Positions 21,428 through 33,096 of a stretch of DNA of 64,000 bases are shown piece after piece (the stretch's first letter is position 1; each line of letters begins with the position of its first letter). A program made the translations under genes and the position numbers. The DNA comes from Calditrichia bacterium (GTDB lineage: Bacteria > Calditrichota > Calditrichia > JAJRVZ01): positions 1-64,000 of the forward strand of contig CAVZSQ010000001.1 in the NCBI GenBank assembly GCA_963777955.1, read 5' to 3'. The notes under the pieces are model-generated. The model worked only from the letters and a program-made list of their open reading frames with translations. It did no database searches and was not told the origin of the DNA.

Positions 21428-21497
21428 TGGTTATTGGTAATTGGTAATTGGTAATTGGTTATTGGTTATTGGTTATTGGCATTTGGAATTTGGGTAT
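21428..21497 (+). repeat. Ten tandem TGGTWAT-type heptamers
   Basis: TGGTTAT,(TGGTAAT)x3,(TGGTTAT)x3,TGGCATT,TGGAATT,TGGGTAT. Confidence 0.85.
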
Positions 21498-21514
21498 TGC
21501 TTCCTGGAGGTTGT

Positions 21515-22276
21515 ATGATATTGGATAAATTCAAACTGGATGGAAAAATTGCCGTCGTAACAGGAGCGGCCCGCGGGCTGGGTCAGGCCATTGCTGTAGG
21601 ATTAGCTGAAGCCGGAGCCGATCTGGCGGTGGTGGATCTATTGCCTACTGCCGAGACGGAAAAACAGATAACAAAATTAAAGCGCCGTGCCGTCGGCATC
21701 AAGGCTGATCTGGCTGATCTTGATTGTGTGGACGCGATTGTTCAGCAGACATTAACATCTTTTGACCGGATCGATATTTTGTTTAACAATGCCGGTATTA
21801 TTCGCCGGGCCCCGCTGGTTGAGTTCAGCCAGAAGGATTGGGATGATGTTATCAATATCAATCAGCGTACCCTGTTTTTCCTAAGTCAGGCTGTGGTCAG
21901 GCAGTTTATAAAACAGGGCCATGGCGGGAAAATAATTAACACGGCTTCAATGCTGTCATTCCAGGGCGGGATTTTAGTGCCATCATATACAGCGTCCAAA
22001 AGCGCAGTGCTGGGGTTGACACGTCTGATGGCCAACGAACTGGCTAAACATAATATCCAGGTTAATGCCATAGCACCTGGTTATATGGCCACCGACAATA
22101 CCGCGCAACTGCGGTCGGATCCCGAACGGAGTAAATCGATTCTTGACCGTATACCGGCAGGTCGCTGGGGTGAGCCAGGGGATCTGCAGGGGGTTGCCGT
22201 GTTTTTAGCCTCAGCCGCCGCCGATTATATCAGCGGTTACACGATTGCCGTTGATGGCGGCTGGCTGGCCCGTTGA
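21515..22276 (+). CDS. kduD: 2-dehydro-3-deoxy-D-gluconate 5-dehydrogenase
   Basis: SDR with NNAGIIRR, ASMLSFQGGI.VPSYTASKS, VDGGWLAR; next to kduI; GGAGG RBS. Confidence 0.93.
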   Translation: MILDKFKLDGKIAVVTGAARGLGQAIAVGLAEAGADLAVVDLLPTAETEKQITKLKRRAVGIKADLADLDCVDAIVQQTLTSFDRIDILFNNAGIIRRAPLVEFSQKDWDDVININQRTLFFLSQAVVRQFIKQGHGGKIINTASMLSFQGGILVPSYTASKSAVLGLTRLMANELAKHNIQVNAIAPGYMATDNTAQLRSDPERSKSILDRIPAGRWGEPGDLQGVAVFLASAAADYISGYTIAVDGGWLAR

Positions 22277-22302
22277 GAAGGTTAATTTTTTGAAAAATTT
22301 GG

Positions 22303-22354
22303 TTGCAATTTTATTTAATATTAAGTACACTTAATCGATTACTTTATCGGTTAA
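22303..22354 (+). promoter_or_regulatory. Sigma70-like promoter with LacI-type operator(s)
   Basis: TTGCAA-17bp-TACACT followed directly by palindrome TAATCGATTA (22332-22341) and TTATCGGTTAA (22344-22354). Confidence 0.6.
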
Positions 22355-22367
22355 GTTGCTTGATTAT

Positions 22368-23390
22368 ATGCGAAATCGTAAACATTTAACACTTAAAGAT
22401 ATTGCCCGCCAGTTAAAAATTTCCTCGGTAACGGTATCAAAAGCACTCCGCGATCACCCGGATATCAGCCGGACTACCAAGAAATTAGTACAGGAAACAG
22501 CCCAGAAAATGGGGTATGTGCCTGATTATATCGCCCGCAATCTCTCGGCAGGGAAATCCAATACCATCGGCCTGGTAATCCCTAAAATTGCTCATCATTT
22601 TTTTTCATTGGCTATCGAATCCATCTACCGCACCGCCTATGAAAAAAACTATGAAATCATCATGACTGTCTCACAGGAAAATGCCCAGAATGAAATCAAG
22701 CAGATACACACCCTGCTGGCCATGAGAGTGGATGGCCTGCTGATCTCGGTTACCGAGCAGACCCGCGATACCCAGATATTCGAACACGTGCGGGATCTCA
22801 ATGTACCGCTGGTTTTTTTTGATCGCGTCATTGACGGATTGGGTTTCAGTTGCGTGGTGACCGATGATTATAAAAGTTCTCTGCAAACTACCGGAAGATT
22901 ACTCGATACCGGATTCAGAGATATAATTCACCTGGCCGGGTATCAGCATACCAGTATCGGCAAGAAACGCCTGGCCGGTTTTCAACGCGCTTTCGAAGAG
23001 AGGGGACTGCCCCTGCCGCCGAACCACTTCATCGAAGGGGGATTCGGCGAAGAAGACGGTTATCGCGGTTTTATTCAACTATATAACAGCGGTAAACTGC
23101 CCCAGGTTATTTTTACGGTGACTTTCCCGGTAGCCCTGGGTGTGCTGCTGGCTGCTGAAGAGGCCGGCTTGAAAGTACCGGACGACCTGCACCTGATCAG
23201 TTTCGGCGGCAGTAACTATAACCGTTTTCTTAAACCGTCACTGACCTATATCGAACAACCAGTTGAAGAGATCGGCCGTATCGCTACTGAATTGTTATTC
23301 GAAGAAATAAGGGTAGGACGGGGACCATCCGGACGACGGATTGAATTACCGACTAATCTGGTTTTTTGTGATACATGCAAAAAATTTTAG
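22368..23390 (+). CDS. LacI-family transcriptional regulator
   Basis: TLKDIARQLKISSVTVSKAL HTH, hinge YVPDYIARNL, PLVFFDR, PSLTYIEQP. Confidence 0.93.
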   Translation: MRNRKHLTLKDIARQLKISSVTVSKALRDHPDISRTTKKLVQETAQKMGYVPDYIARNLSAGKSNTIGLVIPKIAHHFFSLAIESIYRTAYEKNYEIIMTVSQENAQNEIKQIHTLLAMRVDGLLISVTEQTRDTQIFEHVRDLNVPLVFFDRVIDGLGFSCVVTDDYKSSLQTTGRLLDTGFRDIIHLAGYQHTSIGKKRLAGFQRAFEERGLPLPPNHFIEGGFGEEDGYRGFIQLYNSGKLPQVIFTVTFPVALGVLLAAEEAGLKVPDDLHLISFGGSNYNRFLKPSLTYIEQPVEEIGRIATELLFEEIRVGRGPSGRRIELPTNLVFCDTCKKF

Positions 23391-23402
23391 GAAGGTGATG
23401 CC

Positions 23403-24815
23403 ATGGCCAGCTTGAAATTAAATCCAAATCGCTTTTTTGATCCTGATCCTGCAATCAGAAAAATAGCGGCCGGATTGTATGATCAGGTCAGGAATTTACC
23501 TATTATCAGCCCGCATGGCCATGTGGATGCCAGGCTGCTGGCTGAAAATAATCCGTTTCCCGATCCGGCAGAACTGATCCTGATACCCGACCATTATATT
23601 TTCCGCATGCTCTATTCCCAGGGTATCGCTCTGGAGACATTAGGGATACCTGCTATAGATGGTCGGGCCGTGGAAAAAGATCATCGCAAAATCTGGCAGA
23701 CCTTTGCCGATCATTTTTATCTGTTCGCCGGTACACCCACCGGCGCCTGGCTCGCGCATGAACTCAGTGAAGTTTTCGGCATAACTGAAAAATTGAGCGG
23801 CGGCAGCGCGCTAAAAATCTATGACCAGTTGCTGGCGAAACTGCAATCGGCTGAATTCCTGCCGCGGGCTCTGTTCGACCGCTTCAGAATCGAGGTGCTT
23901 ACTACCACTGATGGAGCAGCCGATTCATTATCATATCACCGTAAAATTAAAGAATCGGGATGGGCGGGACGCGTGCTCCCGGCTTTCCGGCCGGATGCTG
24001 TCATTAATCTCTCTGCCGCCGGTTGGCAGGCGGAAATCGGGAAATTGGAGAAAGTGACCGGACGAAATATTTCTTCCTTCAAGGAATTCCTCACTGCCCT
24101 GGAAGAGCGGCGTTCGTTCTTCAAATCAATGGGTGCCACTTCCACCGATCAGGGTGTGTTCAGTCCATATACCCATAAACTGAGTACAGCAGAAGTTGAA
24201 GCTATATTTAAACGGGGATTGCATGCCCAGGCTGACGAAAAAGATGCGGCTGCATTCACCGGACATATGCTGATGGAAATGGCCCGCATGAGTGTCGAAG
24301 ACGGCCTGGTCATGCAGATTCATCCCGGCTCATTCCGTAATCATAATCAATTTGTATTAAAGCGCTTCGGTACAGACAAGGGTTCCGATATTCCCGTGCA
24401 AACGGAATATACACACAACCTCCATGAATTACTGAATGAATACGGCAATGATCCCCGCTTGACCCTGGTGGTATTCACCCTGGACGAATCCAGCTATTCA
24501 CGCGAACTGGCGCCGCTGGCCGGACATTATCCGGCGATGAAATTAGGACCGTCATGGTGGTTCCATGACAGTATTGAAGGGATGACCCGTTTTCGCGAGA
24601 GTGTTACCGAAACAGCGGGAATTTATAATACCGTGGGCTTTATTGATGATACCCGTGCCTTTCTTTCCATTCCAGCGCGGCATGACCTGAGCCGCCGGGT
24701 CGATGCAAATTTTCTGGCCCGTCTGGTAGCCCGCCATATCATCGATCTGGAGGATGCGGACAGGATGATTCACGACCTGACCTATAATCTGGCCAAGAAA
24801 ACCTTTAAACTGTAA
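23403..24815 (+). CDS. uxaC: Uronate isomerase
   Basis: IISPHGH, PDHYIFRMLYSQG, MQIHPG, SWWFHDS, GFIDDTRAFLSIPARHD. Confidence 0.95.
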   Translation: MASLKLNPNRFFDPDPAIRKIAAGLYDQVRNLPIISPHGHVDARLLAENNPFPDPAELILIPDHYIFRMLYSQGIALETLGIPAIDGRAVEKDHRKIWQTFADHFYLFAGTPTGAWLAHELSEVFGITEKLSGGSALKIYDQLLAKLQSAEFLPRALFDRFRIEVLTTTDGAADSLSYHRKIKESGWAGRVLPAFRPDAVINLSAAGWQAEIGKLEKVTGRNISSFKEFLTALEERRSFFKSMGATSTDQGVFSPYTHKLSTAEVEAIFKRGLHAQADEKDAAAFTGHMLMEMARMSVEDGLVMQIHPGSFRNHNQFVLKRFGTDKGSDIPVQTEYTHNLHELLNEYGNDPRLTLVVFTLDESSYSRELAPLAGHYPAMKLGPSWWFHDSIEGMTRFRESVTETAGIYNTVGFIDDTRAFLSIPARHDLSRRVDANFLARLVARHIIDLEDADRMIHDLTYNLAKKTFKL

Positions 24816-24832
24816 AAATCCGGGTGATAGAC

Positions 24833-26080
24833 ATGAAATTAGCAAAATACTCATTGGGCATAGGCGATCGTTTTTCGCAGCAGGCCAGGGCACAATTGAA
24901 AGCGATTATGCTGGCCAAAGAAAAAAACGTGCTGATCACACCGGTCTGGAATAAATCATACCGTGAACATCAATTGATCGGCAGTACTCCAGCTACGACC
25001 CGCCAGCAGGCCGACGAAGCGGTCAAAAATCTGGCCTGGTCAGAGACCTATTTTGTGGATGCCGATCATATTAATCTGAAGAATGTCGATTTCTTTATGG
25101 ATAGTTGTGATTTCTTTACTCTCGATGTTGCAGATGCTATCGGCCAGCAAGCCACGGCGAGTGAAGTCAAATCTTTTATTAACAAATACTCCAGCTACGC
25201 TGGTGATCTGCCCCTGGCTGGCTTGGATAAAAGTATTCAGGTTACGGCAACCCTGATCCGGGAAGTTGCCGGGAAATATTTGTTCGCTGCCCGGCAGGCC
25301 GGAGAGATATACCGTCATATTAAAAGGAGCAGACCGGACGGTGCCTTTATAATCGAAGTTTCCATGGATGAGACTGACCAACCGCAAACACCGCTGGAAT
25401 TATTCTTTATCCTGGCTGCCCTGGCCGATCAGCAGATCCCCGTGCAAACCCTGGCGCCTAAATTCAGCGGCCGCTTCAACAAGGGGGTTGATTATGTCGG
25501 TGACCTCGATAAATTCCGGGATGAATTCGAGCAGGATATCGTTATTCTGAAAACTGCCATCCCTAAATTCAATTTACCGGCGGATTTAAAACTGAGTGTG
25601 CATTCAGGCAGTGATAAGTTTTCACTATATCCGGTTATCCGCCAATTAATCCGTAAACACGATGCCGGAGTACATCTGAAAACAGCCGGTACCACCTGGC
25701 TGGAAGAATTGATCGGACTGGCCGAGGGAAGCCCGGCAGGCCTGCGGCTGGCTAAAGATATATACAACCGTTCTTTGGAAAAATACGATGAATTATGTGC
25801 ACCATATGCCACGGTCATTGATATAGATAAACGCAAACTGCCGGCCAGGGAACAGGTCCAGCATTGGGACGGCCTGACCTTCAGTAGCACTCTGCGGCAT
25901 GATCAGCAGCATAAAAATTACAATCCGCACTTTCGCCAGCTCCTGCATGTGGGTTATAAAATTGCCGCCGAAAAAGGCGACTTATACCTGAAGAACCTGC
26001 GGGAGTGCAGCGAAGTGATTGCCGGCAATGTAACGACAAATTTATTTGAGCGGCATATTAAGCCGCTTTTTCTGGAATAA
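24833..26080 (+). CDS. uxaE: Tagaturonate/fructuronate epimerase
   Basis: SLGIGDRF, DADH, EVSMDET, GRFNKGVDYVGD, KLSVHSGSDKF, HLKTAGTTWLE. Confidence 0.88.
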   Translation: MKLAKYSLGIGDRFSQQARAQLKAIMLAKEKNVLITPVWNKSYREHQLIGSTPATTRQQADEAVKNLAWSETYFVDADHINLKNVDFFMDSCDFFTLDVADAIGQQATASEVKSFINKYSSYAGDLPLAGLDKSIQVTATLIREVAGKYLFAARQAGEIYRHIKRSRPDGAFIIEVSMDETDQPQTPLELFFILAALADQQIPVQTLAPKFSGRFNKGVDYVGDLDKFRDEFEQDIVILKTAIPKFNLPADLKLSVHSGSDKFSLYPVIRQLIRKHDAGVHLKTAGTTWLEELIGLAEGSPAGLRLAKDIYNRSLEKYDELCAPYATVIDIDKRKLPAREQVQHWDGLTFSSTLRHDQQHKNYNPHFRQLLHVGYKIAAEKGDLYLKNLRECSEVIAGNVTTNLFERHIKPLFLE

Positions 26081-26097
26081 AAAATTGGAGCGATTCA

Positions 26098-26932
26098 GTG
26101 GAAAAAAATAATTTGGCAAACTATGTTTGATCTGAACGGAAAAGTAATTGCTAGTCACCGGTGCCACCGGTATACTAGGCGGAGAAATTGCCTGTGCACT
26201 GATCGAACTCGGAGCCCGGGTGGCCATCATGGATATGCAGACCGAATTAGCGGATGAAATCAACAACGCCTGTCGGGATTTTCCGAACAGTATATTGTGC
26301 TTAAATGCGATGTGCTCAATCGCGAATCGGTTGGTGATGCTCTGCAGCAAATTTTAAGAGTTTTTAAAAATGTCGATTGCCTGATCAATGCCGCCGGCGG
26401 GAATAATCCCAAAGCTACCACCTCGGCCGATCAACCATTTTTTGATATTCCTGCCGATGCTTTTAACTGGGTGCTGCAGTTGAATCTGAACGGTACGGTG
26501 CTGCCCTGCCAGGTATTCGGCAAATATTTTGCCGGCCGCGGGCAGGGAAATATTCTGAATATATCTTCGATGAACGCTTTCCGGCCGCTGACCCGTATTC
26601 CGGCCTATTCAGCCGCCAAAGCTGCGGTTAGTAATTTTACACAGTGGCTGGCTGTTCATATGGCTCAGGAATACTCGAAAAATATCCGGGTCAATGCGGT
26701 GGCTCCGGGATTTTTCCTGACCCAGCAAAATCGTTTTTTATTAACTGATGAAAAAAGCGGCGAACTGACCACCCGTGGCAAAACGATCATCAATCATACG
26801 CCATTAGGCCGGTTTGGAAATCCGGCTGATCTGCTGGGAGCCGTGGTATGGTTATTATCCCCGGCCTCGGACTTTGTTACCGGATCGGTCATTGCGGTCG
26901 ATGGCGGTTTTGCTGCTTTCAGCGGCGTATAA
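26098..26932 (+). CDS. uxuB: SDR D-mannonate oxidoreductase (fructuronate reductase, UxuB/UxuD-like); several single-base frameshifts at 26100-26265
   Basis: VTGATGILG, LINAAGGN.P.ATT, NISSMNAFRPLTRIPAYSAAKAAVSNFTQWLAVH; GGAG before GTG 26098. Confidence 0.8.
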
Positions 26933-26968
26933 ACATAATCTGCATAAATAATTAATAAGGAGAATGTT

Positions 26969-28423
<1,455 letters not shown>

Positions 28424-28480
28424 CCTGCACAGGATTTATGGCAGTGAGCCGCTAACCAGATGACTAACGGGTAGTTGAGT

Positions 28481-29737
28481 ATGCTTGTTGGTAAAGGTGA
28501 ACCGGGACTTGTGCTGAGTGAAGCTGATGTATTACAGCTTTGTACTCAGGCGCTGGATTCCATGAAACTTGATGGACGCCGGGTGCTGGCCATTATTCCC
28601 GATCTTTCCAGGACGGCACCCCTGGATATCATGTTCCGGTCTGTCTACAAACTTCTGGCTCACCGGGTAAAAAACCTCGATTTTATCATTGCCAGCGGAA
28701 CTCATCCCCCCTTGAGTGAAGCAGCGATTAATCAACGGGTGGGAATTACTCAGCAGGAACGGCAAACCAAATATTCCCAGGCTCGTTTCTTTAATCATTA
28801 CTGGAACAAAGCAGATCAATTAAAGCATGTCGGTACCATAGATGCGGAAGAGGTAGAACGTATCTCGGCCGGATTGATGCGACAGAAAGTGGATATATCG
28901 ATCAATAAAATGGTATTCGACTATGATCTGTTAATGATAATCGGTCCAACTTTTCCGCATGAAGTGGTGGGCTTCTCCGGGGGGACCAAATATCTTTTTC
29001 CGGGGATTGCCGGCCAGAATATTATTGATATGTTCCACTGGCTGGGTGCCCTGATCACCAATCCGCGTATCATCGGCATTACGGATACACCCGTACGCAA
29101 AATAGTTGACCGGGCGGCAGCTTTATTGCCCATCGAGCAGATCTGTTTAAGTCTGGTGGTGCAGGGGCAGGGCCTGGCCGGCCTGTTTATCGGGACGCCG
29201 GAGCAAGCCTGGCGTGCCGCGGCAAATTTGTCGCGCCAGATACATATTGTTTACAAGGATCATGCTTTCAAGAAAGTGTTGTCCTGTGCCCCGGCCATGT
29301 ATGAAGATCTGTGGACCGGCGGTAAATGTATGTATAAACTGGAACCGGTGGTGGCCGACGGCGGGGAATTGATTATTTATGCTCCGCATATAAAAGAAGT
29401 TTCGGTAACCCATGGTACCATACTGGAAAAAATCGGTTATCATGTGCGGGATTATTTTGTAAAGCAGATGGATAAATTTCAGGATATCCCCGCCGGAGTG
29501 ATGGCGCACTCCACCCATGTCAAAGGTGCCGGGACCTATGTGGACGGTGTTGAACGTCCCAGAATCAAAGTCACGCTGGCCAGCGGGATATCAGCGGAGA
29601 TTTGTAAAAAAATAAATTTGGGCTATCTGAATCCGGATTCGATTTATATTAGTGAATGGCAGAACCGGGAAGAGCAGGGGATTCTGTATGTGCCCAAAGC
29701 AGGTGAAATATTATACAGATTAAAAGAGGAAATATAA
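28481..29737 (+). CDS. LarA-family (nickel-pincer) 2-hydroxyacid racemase/epimerase, probable mannonate/gluconate 2-epimerase
   Basis: IPDLSRT, ASGTH, FPHEVVGFSGGTK, KCMYK LarA-type motifs; substrate inferred from gene context. Confidence 0.8.
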   Translation: MLVGKGEPGLVLSEADVLQLCTQALDSMKLDGRRVLAIIPDLSRTAPLDIMFRSVYKLLAHRVKNLDFIIASGTHPPLSEAAINQRVGITQQERQTKYSQARFFNHYWNKADQLKHVGTIDAEEVERISAGLMRQKVDISINKMVFDYDLLMIIGPTFPHEVVGFSGGTKYLFPGIAGQNIIDMFHWLGALITNPRIIGITDTPVRKIVDRAAALLPIEQICLSLVVQGQGLAGLFIGTPEQAWRAAANLSRQIHIVYKDHAFKKVLSCAPAMYEDLWTGGKCMYKLEPVVADGGELIIYAPHIKEVSVTHGTILEKIGYHVRDYFVKQMDKFQDIPAGVMAHSTHVKGAGTYVDGVERPRIKVTLASGISAEICKKINLGYLNPDSIYISEWQNREEQGILYVPKAGEILYRLKEEI

Positions 29738-31024
29738 ATGGCACAGAAAAAGAATGTTGTTGTAGCCCAGTCCGGCGGACCTTCGCCGGTAATCAACAAT
29801 TCCCTGCGCGGTATTGTTGATGCCTGTAAAATGTTTCCGGAAAAGTTCCAGGAGATCTATAGCGGCTATCACGGTATCGAGGGGGTGCTGAAAGAAGAAT
29901 TACTGGATCTGTCAGCCCAGCCGGAACAGGAGATTGCACTGTTGCGCACCACGCCGGCTGCCGGATCGATAGGTACCTGTCGCTACAAACTGAAAGAAAA
30001 ACAGAAAAAAGATTTTCAGCGGGTGATCGATGTGTTCAAGGCTCACGACATCGGTTATTTCTTTTATATCGGCGGGAATGATTCCATGGATACGGCGCAT
30101 AAAGTGGCCGCCATGGCCAGGACCCAGGGGCTGGATCTGATTGCCACCGGGGTGTCCAAAACTATCGATAATGATGTGGGGGATTCTGCCTTCAAATTGA
30201 TCGATCATACGCCGGGATACGGCAGTGTGGCCCGTTACTGGGCTTGTATGGTGCAGAATATTAATGAAGAGAATATGGGTTCATCACCGGCAGATCCGGT
30301 AATTGTGCTGCAGGCCATGGGCCGGAAAATAGGTTTTATTCCGGCTGCTGCCCGTCTGGCCGATCCGAAACGGGAGATGCCGCTGCAGATATATCTGCCG
30401 GAGTCCGGGTTGTCCCTGGCCGCTCTGGCTGATCACGTTAACGATGAACTGAAACGCAGCGGCCGGGTGATCGTGGTGGTCAGCGAGGGATTTGATGTCG
30501 GGGAACTTGGTGAGGTGAAAGATTCGTTCGGCCATACCAAGTTCAGTTCCAGCATGCTGACGGTCCAGCAGGCGGTGGTCAATCATCTGAACGGGGCTAA
30601 ATTACAGGCCCGCGGGGCAGCGCGGGGACAGGTACCCGGTACCGATCAACGGGATACCATGATTTATGCTTCGACCGTTGATTTGGAAGAGGCTTATAAA
30701 ATCGGTCAGAACGCCGTGCGGATTGCCGTGGAAGAAGGATCGGGTTATATGTCCACCCTGCTGCGGCGGCCGGGATTTATCTATAATGTCGATTATGACA
30801 AAGTACCGCTGGAACAGGTAGCCAATTCCGAACGCAAATTTCCTGAAAACTGGATTGCGCCCAACCGGATAGATGTAACCGATGAATTCGTCCGGTATGC
30901 CCGTCCGTTGATCGGAGAGGATTGGGTCAGCGTACCGGTAATCGACGGCCGGCAGCGCTTCGCCCGGCTTGAAAAAATATTTGCCGGACAGAAACTGCCT
31001 AAATACGTACCCGAAGCATACTAA
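29738..31024 (+). CDS. PfkA-family kinase with pyrophosphate-type signature
   Basis: AQSGGPSPVIN, IGGNDSMDT, SKTIDND, MGR, VVSEG. Confidence 0.85.
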   Translation: MAQKKNVVVAQSGGPSPVINNSLRGIVDACKMFPEKFQEIYSGYHGIEGVLKEELLDLSAQPEQEIALLRTTPAAGSIGTCRYKLKEKQKKDFQRVIDVFKAHDIGYFFYIGGNDSMDTAHKVAAMARTQGLDLIATGVSKTIDNDVGDSAFKLIDHTPGYGSVARYWACMVQNINEENMGSSPADPVIVLQAMGRKIGFIPAAARLADPKREMPLQIYLPESGLSLAALADHVNDELKRSGRVIVVVSEGFDVGELGEVKDSFGHTKFSSSMLTVQQAVVNHLNGAKLQARGAARGQVPGTDQRDTMIYASTVDLEEAYKIGQNAVRIAVEEGSGYMSTLLRRPGFIYNVDYDKVPLEQVANSERKFPENWIAPNRIDVTDEFVRYARPLIGEDWVSVPVIDGRQRFARLEKIFAGQKLPKYVPEAY

Positions 31025-31062
31025 CAGAACATGGATGAAATTTAATTAAGGAGATCTTCGAA

Positions 31063-31950
31063 ATGACTGATCCGCAAGCTTTATTACGGGAATTCAAACC
31101 GAAGCATAAATTTTTAATTGCGATTGACTCGGATGGTTGCGCCTTTGATACGATGGAAATCAAACATAAAGAATGTTTCATACCCAATATCATCAAGTAC
31201 TGGAACCTGCAACCGGTTTCCAAATATGCCCGGGCTGCAGCCGAATTCGTTAACCTGTACTCCAGGTGGCGCGGGATCAATCGCTTCCCGGCCCTGACCA
31301 TGACCTTCGATCTGTTGCAGGAGTGGCCGGAAGTGCAGAAACGGAAGGTGGAGATTCCCGCAGCACTTTCCCTGAGGGAGTGGATCAAACGGGAAACCAA
31401 ACTCGGCAATCCGGTGCTGGAAGCGGAAGTTAAAAAGACTGCAGATCCAATTCTTAAGCAGGCCCTGGATTGGAGCAAGGCGGTGAATGCTTCTGTGGCC
31501 GATCTGGTACATCATGTGCCGCCGTTTCCATTTGTGCGGGAATCGCTGTCGAAGATCAGCGCATGGGCCGATATCATCGTCTGTTCGGCGACCCCCTATG
31601 AAGCCTTGCGCCGGGAATGGGAGGAACATGATATTGCCAAATATACTCAGGTGATTGCGGGTCAGGAGATGGGCAGTAAAAAGGAGCACATCCAGTTTGC
31701 CTCCTCCGGCCGGTACGATAAGGATAAGGTTCTGATGATCGGGGATGCTCCCGGCGATATGAAAGCAGCGCTGGGCAACGAGGCCAAATTCTTCCCGGTC
31801 AATCCCGGTGAAGAGGAAAAATCGTGGGAGCTATTTTATAAAGAAATCGCCGACAAGTTTAACCAGGGAACCTATAGCAGGGAAACGGAGCAGAAATTGA
31901 TCCAGGAATTCGACCGGCATCTGCCGGAACTCCCGCCCTGGAAAAAATAG
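31063..31950 (+). CDS. HAD-superfamily hydrolase
   Basis: IDSDGCAFDT motif I, CSAT motif II, MIGDAPGD motif IV. Confidence 0.85.
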   Translation: MTDPQALLREFKPKHKFLIAIDSDGCAFDTMEIKHKECFIPNIIKYWNLQPVSKYARAAAEFVNLYSRWRGINRFPALTMTFDLLQEWPEVQKRKVEIPAALSLREWIKRETKLGNPVLEAEVKKTADPILKQALDWSKAVNASVADLVHHVPPFPFVRESLSKISAWADIIVCSATPYEALRREWEEHDIAKYTQVIAGQEMGSKKEHIQFASSGRYDKDKVLMIGDAPGDMKAALGNEAKFFPVNPGEEEKSWELFYKEIADKFNQGTYSRETEQKLIQEFDRHLPELPPWKK

Positions 31951-31956
31951 AGTCAA

Positions 31957-32397
31957 TCATTTCCACTGAACGCGGACGAATCTCAGGGTGACCAGACCAA
32001 ATGAGATGGTCAGCCGATTGCCGCTTATTGAATAACTGCCGGTCATTATCTCATTTGACGAATTTATAGTAATGGACCCGGCCGAAGTGTAATAGGTTCC
32101 GTTTATAGTAAAATTATAAGAATCCTGATAATAAACGGTCCGCATGGTTCCGTCGGAATTGAAAGTCCAAATCTCGTATTCTGCCTCGCTTATATTATTT
32201 ATCCATCTGCCCAGAAGTTCGGGATCAAGAGTATTTTCTGCAGAAGGATCGGGCAGATATAGATCATTATTCTGTCCATAGCCCTCTTCACTGCCGCCGG
32301 TTATACCCAGGGGATTATCGCCGCCCCATTGGGCACAGCCAGTGATTATAAGAATAAAGAGGGAGGATAATATAAAATTATAAATGAATCGCTTCAT
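31957..32397 (-). CDS. Lipoprotein paralogue 5 with conserved CAQWGGDNPLGITGGS N-peptide and lipocalin-like beta domain
   Basis: Lipobox ITGC; GAGGAG RBS before ATG 32397. Confidence 0.85.
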   Translation of the reverse strand: MKRFIYNFILSSLFILIITGCAQWGGDNPLGITGGSEEGYGQNNDLYLPDPSAENTLDPELLGRWINNISEAEYEIWTFNSDGTMRTVYYQDSYNFTINGTYYTSAGSITINSSNEIMTGSYSISGNRLTISFGLVTLRFVRVQWK

Positions 32398-32465
32398 TTT
32401 ATATCTCCTCTGTTTAATATAAGACGACAAGTTCAAAAAGGTGTTCGTCGGGAACATTGGCTATT

Positions 32466-32927
32466 TCAGTTTTGGTACCAGACTATTTGCGGATTTATTC
32501 GAAGTAAAAGCAGTTCTTGCTCACCATCATTAAGTGTCAGATAATCACCGTTTATCGAATAAATATAAATTATCCTTTCGCCATCACTGTTGAGCGTGAG
32601 AATATTGCTGGAGACATTATAGGTCCCTTCAGTTTCTTGTGGACTGACCCCAGAGTGAGTCACCATGGTAAACGTACCATTGGCATTAAAAGCAATAGTG
32701 CGAATAGTTTGAACCCACCGACCTGCTGAAGTCCACAAACCTACCAACTCAAAATCGATGGTATTCCCGCCCGCGGGGTCCGGTAAATTTAAATCTTCAT
32801 TTTGTCCGTATCCCTCCCCGCTGCCGCCGGTTATACCCAGCGGATTATCCCCGCCCCATTGGGCACAACCACTTATTATAATAGTAAATAGCAGAGATAA
32901 TAAAGGAGCAAAACTTAATCGTTTCAT
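32466..32927 (-). CDS. Lipoprotein paralogue 4 of the array
   Basis: Lipobox ISGC followed by the invariant peptide; AGGAG RBS. Confidence 0.85.
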   Translation of the reverse strand: MKRLSFAPLLSLLFTIIISGCAQWGGDNPLGITGGSGEGYGQNEDLNLPDPAGGNTIDFELVGLWTSAGRWVQTIRTIAFNANGTFTMVTHSGVSPQETEGTYNVSSNILTLNSDGERIIYIYSINGDYLTLNDGEQELLLLRINPQIVWYQN

Positions 32928-33096
32928 TTCCTGATCTCCTGTGCTTTAAAAAATCATTCCACAATAAAGGTTGCTGGAGACAACTTTTATTGCGGATTAA
33001 CTTTAATTTCTGTAACGACTAAGAAAAAATCTCAGTTATGATTTAAACTCTTTATCCGCAGTAGCAAATATGCGTCGTATCAGGATGAATTTTAAC

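Noticed and set aside
21455..21514. N-terminal extension of kduD in the ORF track
   Set aside because: Derived from the heptamer array; the GGAGG RBS supports ATG 21515
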